The notes beneath the pieces are model-generated. The model did not search any database and was not told where the DNA came from. It worked only from the letters and a program-made list of their open reading frames with translations. The position numbers were made by a program, and so were the translations under genes. A stretch of DNA of 64,000 bases. It comes from Leucoraja ocellata (lineage: Eukaryota). Position 1 is the first letter of the stretch; the number at the start of each line of letters is the position of its first letter. Shown one piece after another: positions 1-11,931 of the stretch. Location of the stretch: positions 124,001-188,000 of the forward strand of contig JAWMAR010000079.1 in assembly GCA_036785375.1 (NCBI GenBank). Direction: 5' to 3'.

Positions 1-832
1 CATCTCATCTTCAGACTACACTCATGGGACAATAATTAAATACAACAATTTCAGGTAATCAGCCTTTTCAGAAATAACTGATTATGATGCATGATTAATC
101 TATGCTATTGGCTTTAAAAAAAAAAATCCAAAGCTGTGGTTGGTGGCTAGCTGAGTACTTCCAACACCCATAGCAGATCAACTACGTTTGATATCAGTTC
201 AATAGCTCACAACACCCGAGTACACACATCCCCCAACAGTCCCAAAACGGCCAACTTCGAATATGCTGCCTAAACTGTCCGAGGAAATAATCTTCCTATA
301 TTTATCCAACTAGTCCCTTGTTATTTGTGTTTTATCAAGATCACTACACATTCTTTTAAATTTAAGGTTAATCCTATTCAAATTGTGCCTAAATGTGTGA
401 TGTACTGAGGCCTGAATGGCACAATCCAATTTCTCCAAGTTACCAATGCACATTTGACTCGGGCACAACTTAACAATTATGCCACATAGTGCAGATGGAC
501 TATTAGTTTACGTTTACATCTTAACAATTCAAAAATGGCTAAATGATTAGAATCCAGCCCTAAAGTCATAATTTGAAATCAATTTATTATAAAGACAATT
601 ATTTTTTTACTCCATTATTATCAAGAAGCAAAATGCATTGGCTAATCTTTCATCCAAAAAAAGGAAAATTCAGAAACCTGGCTTTCTTTGTCCCATTCCT
701 ATGTTAGAAATTCAAATCAAGTAACATTCTTTTATGAGTAATCAGATATATGAATTATATGGCACGTCAAAAAGTCAAATATGACAAATTAATTTCGAAC
801 CAAAAGTAATCGACAAAAATTATCTAAATTAC

Positions 833-1004
833 CTGCATCTGCACTCACGGCATATGGCTGTCTGTTATTTTTGCGCAAGTTTGTGTGAACAAAGTTCACA
901 ATATCTGGCCGGATGGGGGCCTTGAAAATTGCAGGCATAACCACATTTTTGCCAGATTTCTCCCCCTTGTCACTGTACACCGTTATCAGTGGACGAGCAC
1001 AAGC
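833..1004 (-). CDS. RPL4: 60S ribosomal protein L4 (uL4), exon 2; gene continues left of the window
   Basis: Encodes [57 protein letters not shown], the RPL4 N-terminus; tttcag acceptor and gtaat donor; 172 bp. Confidence 0.97.
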
Positions 1005-1822
1005 CTGAAAGATTATATATTTTAAAAATCCATTAGGTATAAACACATTAATAATACAGTAATTAGGACATTGACTTCCTAAGTCTGATCCACATTTACA
1101 GTACGAATGACCAGGATAGTTTCAAATGAGGGCTCAAACACAATCATGGTTGATCGGACGCCCCAAGTTTTCATTTACTTCACAATATTGTTCCATTACA
1201 TTGCATAAACTAAATAAACTGAAATTAACTTACAGTCTATAGTTTGAAATACCATATACGGACTCAAACATCACAAGAACTATATGATTTGATTGCTTTA
1301 GACATCAAACTAAATTTGATAAGACAAGATCCCAGGTGCATGGAAAAAGCATTAATCCAAAAATGCGCTTTCGTACGAGTTCTCCCTTTAGCAGAATTAC
1401 TGAAAAATCATGCCATTTTGTTTTTAAAAAATGTAAAATTCTGAGATATGTTCCTCGAAAGCCTCCCATATTGCAGAACAACCGGGTTTAACTAAATTAT
1501 ACAGTAGAAACGGTTTGTCGTGCAATATATTGAACTTTCCTTCCTAGTTTAACCATCTTTGGTTCGATTAACCTTAACACGACTGAATAACCAACTAAAT
1601 TACAGAGAGCAACGTGTCTCCACGTCCCCACCCCTCCCCCACCCAATCTTTTAAGATGGCGACCTGGCAGAACTCGGCCTCTGACTTTCTCTCTATTATT
1701 TAAAAAAATAAAATAAAATATCACAGTTGTAAACAACATTAAATCTTCAGAGGTTACTCGAGTCCCTCTGACAGCTGCCTGCTCAGGCTGTGCTGCAGTT
1801 AAAACCCGATTCACACACGCAC

Positions 1823-1825
1823 CAT
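1823..1825 (-). CDS. RPL4: RPL4 exon 1 coding part (ATG only; exon 1 spans about 1823-1882)
   Basis: Minus strand cgacaATG|gtgcgt joins in phase 0 to exon 2 (M-ACARP); an ATG-only first coding exon is typical of RPL4. Confidence 0.88.
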
Positions 1826-1870
1826 TGTCGCAACTCCTCGGCGCCACACGCGCGGGATGGCGACCTCGGC

Positions 1871-1884
1871 AGGAAAAGGAAGAA
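1871..1884 (-). promoter_or_regulatory. RPL4: TCT initiator / 5'-terminal oligopyrimidine (TOP) tract of RPL4
   Basis: Minus strand TTCTTCCTTTTCCT about 50 nt upstream of the ATG; hallmark of ribosomal protein mRNAs. Confidence 0.85.
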
Positions 1885-2366
1885 CGCCACACCGTCATGC
1901 CGCTAAATGGAGACTTCCGCCAAGTTTTCTTTAGCAGTAACCATTAATAGTTGTGTAACTGCAAGAAGTATGCTTCAAATTAACAGTTCAGACAAAATGT
2001 CAATTGAAATTGGCGTGACTACTCGAGCTTCTCAGCAAAATGAACAAAATGTGACTCGCACTATTTCCTTTCAATGTCGGCACTATCTTTACGCGCAGGT
2101 ATACATTTCCAAAATACACGACAGAATAGATAAGTTATTCATTAATGTTTAAGTTTTGTTTTGCGGTCATTTGTTTTGTTCAGAAACATTTTTATAACTA
2201 AAACTCCGTTAAAATAGCCGTTAAAACAAGACGATTCTTATGTCGGACGTGACGTTGGGCTACTGAGGAATGCGCGCGCTGATCGGCTGCGATTTGAAAA
2301 TTTCTTTGGCAATCCAAACTATTATCGTCCATGAAAGTACGAGTTTGAGATAAATACTTGTATTGA

Positions 2367-2419
2367 ATGGGCTCAGCTGTTCTACAGTCGGTGCGATGCT
2401 TTCACTCCTTTCTCCTTGG
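2367..2419 (+). CDS. ZWILCH: Zwilch kinetochore protein (RZZ complex), coding exon 1
   Basis: ATG...MGSAVLQSVRCFHSFLL then gtgagt donor; 53 bp, phase 2, in frame with the next exon. Confidence 0.8.
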
Positions 2420-3874
2420 GTGAGTGTTGACGCTTGCCAGTTCCAGTGATGGGTGTTTATCATCTGAATGCGCAACTTTAACACCATCGGCAGCAGAACT
2501 CCTTGGGGGGTGGGTGTGTAGCGCAGTTACTATGGTCAGGTCTGCAATGTATTTTATGAAAGGATTGAGGGAAAGATTAAGTAGTATAATTCAAAGAAAG
2601 AAATGGATGAATATTTGAAGAGACGCGAGATCAAATAAATAGTTGGAGTCACAAGCAGCCTGGAGATGCTGGAATCTCGAGTAAAAACGAAATACTGGAA
2701 GAACTCAGCCTCTTCAGGCTGTCCATCAAAGATCATAGAAGAGTATCTTTGCTGTCCATAGCCCTGCATATGCACTGCCAATTCGTTGAGATCCCCCCCC
2801 AAAACTTGGTGAAATTCAATAGTTATTTGACAGTAGACCGAAAGCTTTCAGTGCAATGTTGTTCTATGATTGATTTTTTGAAAACATCCTATCGTTCTAG
2901 TAGTAGATCTTTTTATGTCCCCGTTTAGGGACATAGGATTGTGATCATATGTTTTTTAAAGATCATCTTAATTGAACGTAGGTAGATTTAGAGTTTGACC
3001 TTAGGGCTTTGGTAATTGAAATGAGCTCAGAATTAAAATTGGGGATGGAGCTCAGCACTGAAATCATTGAGATGTAGAAATAAAACAAGGAACTGCAGTT
3101 GCTAGTTTACACACAAAAAAAAACAAGTCCCCAAAAAAAGAGAAGAAAGAAAGTACTGGAGTAACTCAGCTGACTTAAGTAACTCCTTCTGAGTTGGAAC
3201 TGTTCTTCAAATTTATGGGATGATGGGGGTGGAGAAAGGGCAGGACAAAGCCTGGCAGGTTATAAGTTAATACAGGTGCGGAGGAGTTTTGATAGGCAGA
3301 TGGTTGGACGAAGCCCAGAGCTGAAAATTCAAAACGATTCAAGAGTTGCAAATTGTGACCAAGGACCAACCCTTGTGGCACACTACTGGTTACAACCTCT
3401 AGTCTGAAACACAATTATTTACAACCTCCGTCTCATCTTCAAGCCACTTTTGTATCCAATTGGTTAGCTCGCGCTGGATCCCATGTAATTAAATCTTTCA
3501 AATCAGCATACTATTAGGTACTTGTTAAAGGCCTTGTGAAGTCCATGTCGATAGCATTTCCCGCATTCCCTCATCAATTTTCTTGGTCACCTCTTCAAAA
3601 AATATTGACATTTGGAGGCACAATTTCCCATGCACTAAGCAATGCTGACTACCCCTAAATAGTCTATGCCTTCTCAAATATGTAACTCATAATACAGCAA
3701 TGTATTTGCTGTTTTATTTGCTTCATGACATGAGTACTAGTCCAGAATTGCTCAGTGACAACAGGATGGAATTAATGCTAATCCATATAACAGCACCAAC
3801 AACAAAATGAAAGATAAAATCTACAGATCTCTCATTGATCAACCTGTTCAGGTGCTTATCAGAATCCTGACAAG

Positions 3875-4425
3875 ACATAGAAACATAGAGAATAGGTGCA
3901 GGAGTAGGCCATTCGGCCCTTCAAGCCAGCACCGCCATTCAATATGATCATAGCTGTTCATCCAGAATCAGTACCCCGTTCCTGCTTTCTCCCCATATCT
4001 GTTGATTCCATTAGTCCTAAGAGCGATATCCAGCTTTCTCTTGAATACATCCAGTGAATTGGCCTCTGCCTTCTGTGGCAGAGAATTTCACAGATTCACA
4101 ACTCTCTGGGTGAAAAAGTTTATCCTCATCCCGGCCCAAAATGGCCTACATTATAACACTATATGTTTCTATAAGATATCCTCTCATCCTTCTACATTCC
4201 AGTGACTATAAGCCCAGTCGATCCATTCTTACATCATATGGCAGTCCCGCCATCCCGGAATTAGCCAGGTGAACATACGCTGCATTCCCTAAATAGCAAG
4301 AATGTCCTTCCTCAATACTGGGAGACCAAAACTGCACACAATACTTCAGGCGCGGTCTCACCAGGGCCCTGTACAACTGCAGTAGGACCTCCTTGCTCCT
4401 ATACTCAAATGCTCTCGCTATGAAG
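3875..4425 (-). mobile_element. 5'-truncated CR1 LINE (3' end)
   Basis: (catagaaa)n tail, CR1 3' UTR and RT C-terminus; homologous to 13485-14050 and 36833-37316; candidate TSD aagacata at 3872-3879 and 4423-4430. Confidence 0.85.
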
Positions 4426-4886
4426 ACATACCGTCTGTGCTACTGGTTCATTGGCAGCAAAGTTGTTTGAAGGACTAATCTTTAAGAGTAAGTTGATCAG
4501 CATGGAAAACATTTTAGGGAAGTGCTTTATATTTAACTAGTGCAATAAGCAAATTATAAGGATATTAGATAATGTTACCAGGTCAAATGTGTTGAAATAC
4601 CAAGGTAATGATGTATGGAGCTCTCACCTGGGCTGTGCTTGGCTTCCATTTTTTGAAGATTCTTAATGTTAGTTACATTAAGATTTTAAGTAATTTGTTA
4701 TTTTGGATACATGTTTTATTTTCTTCTGTCTCCATATTTGTTTATTCTAGAAATGTGATTTATATCTCCATTTTAGAATGGCAAGAACTACTTCCGTAAA
4801 ACAATATAAACAAAACTTAATACCCATATGTATAAACATAGCTACAGTCTGATTTTGTCTTTCAGTATAATTTTTTTCCCTCTCAG

Positions 4887-4938
4887 GCTTTGTGACCAAG
4901 AAAAGAAAGGAACACTAAAGGACCCCGTGCTGTTTGAG
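4887..4938 (+). CDS. ZWILCH: ZWILCH exon 2
   Basis: LCDQEKKGTLKDPVLFE (cf. human EEKKGIRKDPFLYE); ctcag/gtaatg; 52 bp. Confidence 0.92.
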
Positions 4939-6099
4939 GTAATGTACATGAAAAGCTACTTTGCTTGTTGTTTTTCTTCCATTGAACACCTCCCTGGAAT
5001 TGCAATACCTGGTCACATTTTTTTCTGCCTGTTCTTTAATGCTTTGTATTCCCAGTCCAGCACTTTCTCTTGATGATAATTTTCAGCCGCTGCTGTTTCT
5101 CAAAGACATATTGCTGTTTGATGAATTAATGTGTGGAAATTAGTTCAGCTTCAGCATGTAATGATACTCATTTCTAACTTCACATCCTCTCTTGGATCGT
5201 ATGAGCTGTCAGACTGCTTTGGAAATGGAATGTTAACCACAAGTTAAAAAAAATCTATCCTTGACCATTTCTTCTCAAAGTGTGAGTTTAAACGTGATGA
5301 GCATTCTTGAAATTGTCAGTTCTTGAAATAAGCAGTTCATAATAGACTGAAGCCTAAAATATTTAGCAAAGGATCAGTGCTATGGATCTTGCCATTCTGG
5401 AAAGAAGGAAGAGAAAACAGGGAACTCTCGACCATTTGTCAGAACAGCTGCTAAATGCCAACAGCAGGGTCATGTTCAGAATAGAATTAGTGGTGTCCAT
5501 GTGGATTTATGATAAACTTGTAAGTAATCTGGAGAACGTGAAAAAATGGAGTTTCAAAAAGTATTTAATAAACAGCCAAATAAAAGTTACAAGAGACAAT
5601 CCACAACTTACGGTTGAGTTACAGCCATGGAATCCATGGATAGACCAGTTTGTTCACGTTGAAGTGTTTTACTGTCAATATTATGTTCTGTAAAAAGTGG
5701 TACTGAAGTGGTTTAAAAAAAAAATGCCAGCAAGAACACCTCTAACAATATGACATTTTTCTTTATACAGAAAATCTAGTAACACAATTAGGTAGAAAAC
5801 CATAATAATAGAGCGCATTACCAATTTTCCATAAATCCTGTTATTGGCCTGCATATTGGAAAGGCCATTTCTTGACTGATGAATGGATACGTAGTCAAAT
5901 GAGACTGCTGGGTGTCATTTGGAGTTTTTCAGAAGATTGCAGCTTTGTGTGTAGAAATCATGTCTAAAAAATGTGATTACATTTTTCGAAAAGGTAACCA
6001 AGTGGATTTACGAGGGCAGGGTAATAGATATTGTCAACATGGACTTTAACAAGACTTTATACAACTTCTCACATGGTATGTTGGTCTGTATGGTTAGAT

Positions 6100-6440
6100 T
6101 TGAGATAGTGCAACTGGCAGAGCTGTTGCCTCATAGCGACAGAAACCTAGGATCAATCATGATGATGATGTTGTGTTCTATCTATGTGGAGTTTGCTTGT
6201 TCTTCCTGTGACCACATGTGTTTCCTCTCACATTCCAAAGGCCTGCAGGTGCTCTGGTTTCCTCTCACATTCCAAAGGCCTGCAGGTTTGTAGATTAATT
6301 GGCCTGTGTAAAATTGTCCCTAATGTATTGGATGTGGGTGAGAAACTGGGATAACAGAACTAGTGCGAATGGGGGAATTGATAGTCAGCATGGGCTTGGT
6401 GAGCCAAATATCCTGTTTCCATGCTGTATTTCTTTAATAA
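6100..6440 (+). mobile_element. V-SINE (HE1-like) following a CR1 RT fragment (~5955-6100)
   Basis: V-domain core tgtggagtttgcttgttcttcctgtgacc...gctctggtttcctctcacattccaaag; upstream ORF piece FFEKVTKWIYEGRVIDIVNMDFNK is CR1 RT. Confidence 0.7.
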
Positions 6441-7082
6441 AAAGTTGAATGGCAAAGCAAGCTCAAAGGGCCAACGTCTGCTATTTCTCATGATTTGCTG
6501 GGTAGATTTCAGTACCACGTGCTCAGTATATTGTGCTTTTATATTTTGAAAATTCTTAGGTATGCCTACAGAAATCATTTATATAAAGTACATGAATAGC
6601 ATTTTTAATATTTTAATTTGCTGGGTCACAGCTAAAATTATTGTTAATTAATGTCTTGAGGACGTGACATTTCCTTCAAAACACCTATAGTTTTTCTTAC
6701 CAGGCTTGAGTTCACACAAGTGGGATCTGCCTGTATTAAACATTTCTCAAATTTACCTAGTGGTTCAAATGTTGTGGTTGAAATAAAGATCGCATCATTG
6801 CCGAGAATTATTCATGCACATATCCAGTTCTCCAACTCAGTGACAAATCAAATTAGTACCAACAAGGTGTGAAATTGTACTCTTCATCTTACCCCCACTA
6901 CACCCACCAATATCATTATTATGTTTTCAATCGTTTATGTGGTAGGTTAGATCTTTATCATCTTTATTTGTGTTTTCTACTTTATAACTGTGCTTGCAGG
7001 TTTTAAGTAATTTATGGTTATAAAGTGCTTTGGGATATTCAAAGATTGGCTAAAAATGTATTTATCTTTATTTGTCTCACAG

Positions 7083-7178
7083 GATGATGTCCAAGTATAC
7101 ATTGTAGATGAAGTGAATAAAAGTCCCTTGCGGGCATTTTGGAAGGAAAATGCATCGGTATTCATAGCAGAAATGGCA
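7083..7178 (+). CDS. ZWILCH: ZWILCH exon 3
   Basis: DDVQVYIVDEVNKSPLRAFWKENASVFIAEMA; cacag/gtaagt; 96 bp. Confidence 0.9.
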
Positions 7179-8071
7179 GTAAGTATGTAAATTATAATTC
7201 TATCTTAAATTGCTCAACCTTGCTGAAAGATGCTTCCAGCAACATACTTTGTGGCTAATATACTTAATGATGAATTAACACGAAGGCAAGACTTTATTTT
7301 GTGATTTTGTGCTTTGACTTCTTGTCACTCCAAGTAAAAGGATGGTGACTTTTCCAAATTTCCACATTTCAAAATCATAACAGCAGTAAACTGCATAATG
7401 ACTCCATAACCTTTTATATTCATTTTCTGTATTTACTTTGATTTTTTTTCTGCCATTCAGACATAATGTTTTCTATTACTGATCCTTGTCATCTTTCTGA
7501 TTGAAGTGCTGGTTTATTAAAATCTGATGTTTTTGAGAACAGTGAAAGAACCTTTTGTTTTCATTATGATTCCTTCTGACTATTCGTGGGGAGAAATCAA
7601 ATCACAATATGTATTTACAAACACTTTTTTAAAGAACTTACACATTTTCCATGCATTTAAAATTGTATTGTGTGTTGATTAGTGAATCATATCCATTGTG
7701 TGATATAGATCCTTAGAAAATCCCTAACTTAATTATGAGCTGCAAGTTCAATTGTTGGGGAAAACTGGGACAGTAGAATTTGACCCAGTTTTAGCTTTAT
7801 TGTAGAGTTTAAAAAATATGTTACAAGTTGTTGTAGATGTCTGGAAACTGTGTTTGAATTGGGCTAGGCTCTGATTTGTGCCCTACAGCTGATTATCTGC
7901 AATACTTGATATTTATAATCCCACTTGATGAATTAGTTTGGAAATTTTGAGTCTTTAGATAAAGCATTGCTTCAAATGCACAATGCTTTTGTGATACACA
8001 GACGGCAGAGCTATAAGTTTTTATTTTCTTCAGTTGCTTAGGCTGACTCCAGATTCCCTTTTTCCCCATAG

Positions 8072-8193
8072 TCACCTAAAGAGAATGAAGACGACTTGGA
8101 AGACACTTTTAATAATGACAATGAAACCAGGAAGGTAACATCTAGTAATTTAGAGGATGTGGGTCCATTACCTCTATCGGTCATGAAAGCAAG
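8072..8193 (+). CDS. ZWILCH: ZWILCH exon 4
   Basis: SPKENEDDLEDTFNNDNETRKVTSSNLEDVGPLPLSVMKA(R); ccatag/gtaaaa; 122 bp. Confidence 0.88.
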
Positions 8194-8824
8194 GTAAAAG
8201 CAAAATAATAGCAGTGTCATATATACCATACATTGAATTTTGGTCACATGCTTTGCACAGTTTGGAGAAATGCTGTTCATTTCTCAGATTCACGTTGAAA
8301 ATGATATAATTCTTCAATTATATCATTTTCCGATTCCTATATCATCTTCCCAGTATTGAGTGAAATGAGAATGTGGCCAGGATAGTGTGGTCCTTGATGA
8401 TGCTAGCTGCCTTTTTGAGCACCCCTCTGATGGTGGGGAGGCCATTACCTATGATGGACTGGACAGCATGCATTACTTTTTGTAAACGGCTTTGTTTCTG
8501 GAAATTCACATTGTCGAACCAGGCCATGCTGCAAAGCAATATTCTCTAGACCCTGCACCTGTCCCACACCCACCTCTCTTCCAGCATTTTCTCCCTCCCT
8601 CACAATCACAATTGGTCTGAAAAAAGATCCTGAGCCAATGCTTGGCCTATCCATGTTCTCCATAGATGCTGTCTGACCTCTAGCACTTTGTGGTATTTTT
8701 AAATAAGCCAGAGTGGAAGTTTCTTGAGGCTAGTATCTATGACAGACTTGACTTAAATCCAAGTTTACTTCTTGTTTTACTTTCTAATCTACAATATTTA
8801 TCTATTTCTTTTTCCTCCTCACAG

Positions 8825-9024
8825 ACAATTAGTTTCCTGGTACACCATGGCTCATAATCCGCACATGTCACAGATGACCAGCTGTATCGTGCCTACTACG
8901 TTTCCTTCGCTGTGGGTTAGATGTGATGCCTCTGACTCTGAAGGCACTGTTTGGTTTGGAGCGGAACCCATTAAAACTGGGAAAGAGATTGCGTCAATGA
9001 TTTTCCACATAGTCACATGCTCTG
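8825..9024 (+). CDS. ZWILCH: ZWILCH exon 5
   Basis: QLVSWYTMAHNPHMSQ...LWVRCDASDSEGTVWFGAE...IVTCS; contains the Zwilch YTMAHNP and LWVRCD motifs; cacag/gtaaga; 200 bp. Confidence 0.96.
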
Positions 9025-9179
9025 GTAAGATGGCATGATAGCCCTTTTTAAAATAATTGCATTAAACGTTAGCTGAGTCAGTTTTACTAGGAGGTGTAAT
9101 TGCAGCCTAACAAGTTAAAATCAATACGTTCCATTCAAATATGGGTTGAATACACAACATAAAAATGCAACCACTAGAA

Positions 9180-9494
9180 CAGGGGTCGGCAACCTTGTTC
9201 TGCACAGGGGCCGGGACACATGTCTGTGAGCGGATGGTGGGCCACATCTATCACGTGTACACATGGGTCCCTCCCCGGATGACGTATCTGCAGTTCTTTC
9301 TTAAACGTGTTCACAGAAGGTGCGCGGGCGTGCCGGCGGCTTTGTGCAGGATGCGGTACAGCCAGAGCTCAGTCGCACTCGGGGCAGGTGATTGGCGGGC
9401 TGGATGAATACGGGAAACAAAATTCGCCTGCGGGCCGGATGATTTCGGGTTACTGGCCACATTCGGCCCGGGGGCCGTAGGCTGCCGACCCCTG
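9180..9494. mobile_element. Non-autonomous hAT-superfamily DNA transposon (MITE)
   Basis: TIRs caggggtcggcaacc / ggctgccgacccctg; perfect 8-bp TSD cactagaa at 9172-9179 and 9495-9502. Confidence 0.92.
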
Positions 9495-9524
9495 CACTAG
9501 AAGAATCGAAGAGAATAAGTGCGG

Positions 9525-9723
9525 TTGGTTTTCTGGTACACCCTGGCCCATAATCTGCACATGTCACAGCGTGTCTACTGTGGGTGAGATGTGATGGCTC
9601 TGACACTGAAAGCAGTTTGAAGAGCTGAAATTGTTAAAGCGTGGAAAGATGTTATGCCAATGATTTTTCATATTGTCACGTGCACTGGTGAGATGTCATC
9701 ATAGCCCTTTTTAAAATAATTGC
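9525..9723 (+). pseudogene. Degenerate tandem duplicate (pseudo-exon) of ZWILCH exon 5 plus its donor-side intron flank
   Basis: Aligns by eye to 8829-9060 (tggtacaccctggcccataatctgcacatgtcacag; atagccctttttaaaataattgc); internal deletions, in-frame stop, no acceptor. Confidence 0.9.
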
Positions 9724-10484
9724 CTGTTCAAGCCTGCCCCTCCATTCAATATGATCTTGGCTGACCAGTCCTTTGCCTAACTTTCTTATCTGTGCCAGAT
9801 TCCTCAATCTTTCAAAAATGTATCAACCTGCACTAAAAAATATTTCTAATGAGTAACCTCATCAACTCTTTGGGGCAGAGAATTCCAATGAGTCACTAGT
9901 TACAGAAAATGGTTTTAAATTACTACTATCACCCTTATCTTTAAACTATGTCCCTCATTCAACAAGGAAAAACACCTCAACCCTTTACCCTGTCCTGCCC
10001 CTTCCGGATCTTATAAATTTCAATAAGATCACAGCTCCACGAACTCCACGGAGTACAGATCTCATCTGCTTAGCCTCTTGATATGGCAATCCTCTCAACC
10101 CAGGAATTAACTCTGCTTGAGACTCTTTTGAACTACCACAGATGCTTCAATATTCTTTCTTCCCACATCAACACAAACGCCAATTGCCTCTTAATCTTCA
10201 GTTCCCATTCACTAGATCATTACATTTGATCTTGGTGAGTAGAGTATTAGACTTGTTAAGGCAGTGAAGGAAGCCATTTGGCCCACCATTTAATATATAT
10301 AGTTTATACAACTTAATGGAATAGTTTGGTGGTAAATTTAAGTATAAAAAATATAAAATATAGTTTATTCTGTTAGCAGATTAGATTGTGAAATTATCAT
10401 AAATATGCTGATTCTTTTCATCTTTAAGTTTATAGAACGCACAAAGACCATTTTGTGTTTGACTGTAATTCCTCATTCTTTTAG

Positions 10485-10564
10485 GACCAATTGTTGACAA
10501 AAACTGTTTCACAACCTTAGAAAGTTTGAAAACTACACACAAGGACAGACATCATTGTTCTGCT
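10485..10564 (+). CDS. ZWILCH: ZWILCH exon 6
   Basis: (G)PIVDKNCFTTLESLKTTHKDRHHCSA; tttag/gtaggt; 80 bp, phases fit. Confidence 0.9.
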
Positions 10565-11229
10565 GTAGGTATTCTTGCCCCTTCTCAATTATAAATTACT
10601 TTGATAAAGCTTCAAATTTTAAAATATGTTGAAGATGTTGAGCCAGAAGGTTAAGCCTCTGGTTTTGTTGTTAAACTCTTTTCAATTTTAATCAAGATTA
10701 TGTACGTGATTTCTTGGTCTGGTTGATTGGATCCACAGCTCCTACTGTAATCTTAAATTGAGGTCATTAACCTGAAACACTAACTCTTTATCCCTCCCTC
10801 ACATGTAGCTGACCTCCTCAGCTTTCCAGGATTTTCTGGGTTTTTTTAATTCTTATTTCCAGAGTCTAGTATTTCACCAGTATTTATTAAATTTTGTATT
10901 GATTTTTTTTTTAGGAGTTTAGGAGTGTGCAAACATATATTTAGATGTTGTAGCGATTTATAAATTACATTACTGTCACAAACTCAGGATGCGCCAGAGT
11001 TTTTTATGGTCAATGAAATCATTTTTACAGTTCAGTATAGTTGGATTAGGGAAAACTGAGCAGCTAATATGCATGCAGAATGCTGTCTCCATCTACAATA
11101 TTTCTGTGCAAAATGACTTGAACAGCAGAGACCCGTAAGATCTCCCGCCAGTCTGAAATGCCGCAAGGAAAACGATCCAACTTATCCAGATTTGCTTTAT
11201 GCGGTCTTGCCAACGTCCAGTTCAGCTAA

Positions 11230-11660
11230 AACATAACATCCCAACTCTACACAAAACCTTGACCTATGTGCCAAACTGCGAAGCATGCCAAATGCTGCTG
11301 CCATTTATATGAATTAAACTCCATCTGCCATTCTTTGGCTCAGTTGATCAGGATTAGGATCCTATTGTAATCATAGACCATCTTCTCTGCCGACTACACT
11401 ACCAATTTTACTGTCAGACACAAATTTACCAGCTATGGCAAATCCATTCCCATCCAAATCATTAATATTAATAAAGAGCAACAGTGGACTCATTACTGAT
11501 CCTTGTGGCGCACCACTTGTTACAGTCTGAAATACAATAATCTGGTACCACCCTCTGTTTCCTACCTTCACGCCATTTTTGTATCCAACTGGTTATATTG
11601 CCTTGGGTCCCATGCAATCTAATCTTCCAGATGCAGTACCTTGTCAAATATCTCATGACC
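11230..11660 (-). mobile_element. Decayed CR1 reverse transcriptase fragment
   Basis: Translated pieces WIQKW..GRKQRVV, VTSGAPQGSVMSPLLLFININDLD, KFVSDSKIG. Confidence 0.85.
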
Positions 11661-11775
11661 TATGAATAGCTTTGTATTTTACTGAGGTTGCGACAGATAG
11701 GATTTGACTGAAAATCATTTTTTTAGTGTACTAATATTTCAGTACCCAGAGTTATGATTTATTGTCATGATGCAG

Positions 11776-11931
11776 ATATCGACCAAAGGCTATGCACAGT
11801 ATGATTTGTTTGGTGCCTCCATTTTGGAGAATACAATCATGGATTCACAGAGTAATATTGTGGTGGATTTAGCTTGGAACAACGTGGTGAAAATCCTAGA
11901 AGCTCCCCAACATTCACCGGTTGCCACCCTG
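11776..11931 (+). CDS. ZWILCH: ZWILCH exon 7
   Basis: ISTKGYAQYDLFGASILENTIMDSQSNIVVDLAWNNVVKILEAPQHSPVATL; tgcag/gtaagc; 156 bp. Confidence 0.95.

Larger units (their letters stand above)
1650..2366. promoter_or_regulatory. Bidirectional CpG-rich promoter region shared by RPL4 (-) and ZWILCH (+)
   Basis: Divergent start codons 542 bp apart; local CpG enrichment; YY1-like AAGATGGCG (1653-1661), ETS-like ACTTCCG (~1912), CRE-like TGACGT (~2252), CHR TTTGAA (2293-2298). Confidence 0.75.

Noticed and set aside
1-1822. Intronic C/D snoRNAs (SNORD16/SNORD18) expected in RPL4 introns
   Set aside because: No box C (RTGATGA) or U18/U16 guide sequence found on the minus strand here; they probably lie nearer the 3' end of intron 2 or in later introns, outside the window
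1497-1898. 133-aa minus-strand ORF over RPL4 exon 1 and intron 1
   Set aside because: Starts upstream of the TOP initiator and runs through intron; a chance ORF in CpG-rich sequence
8034-8071. Alternative upstream acceptor (ttcttcag at 8033) for ZWILCH exon 4
   Set aside because: Adds 38 nt and shifts the frame; the 8072 acceptor gives the homologous reading
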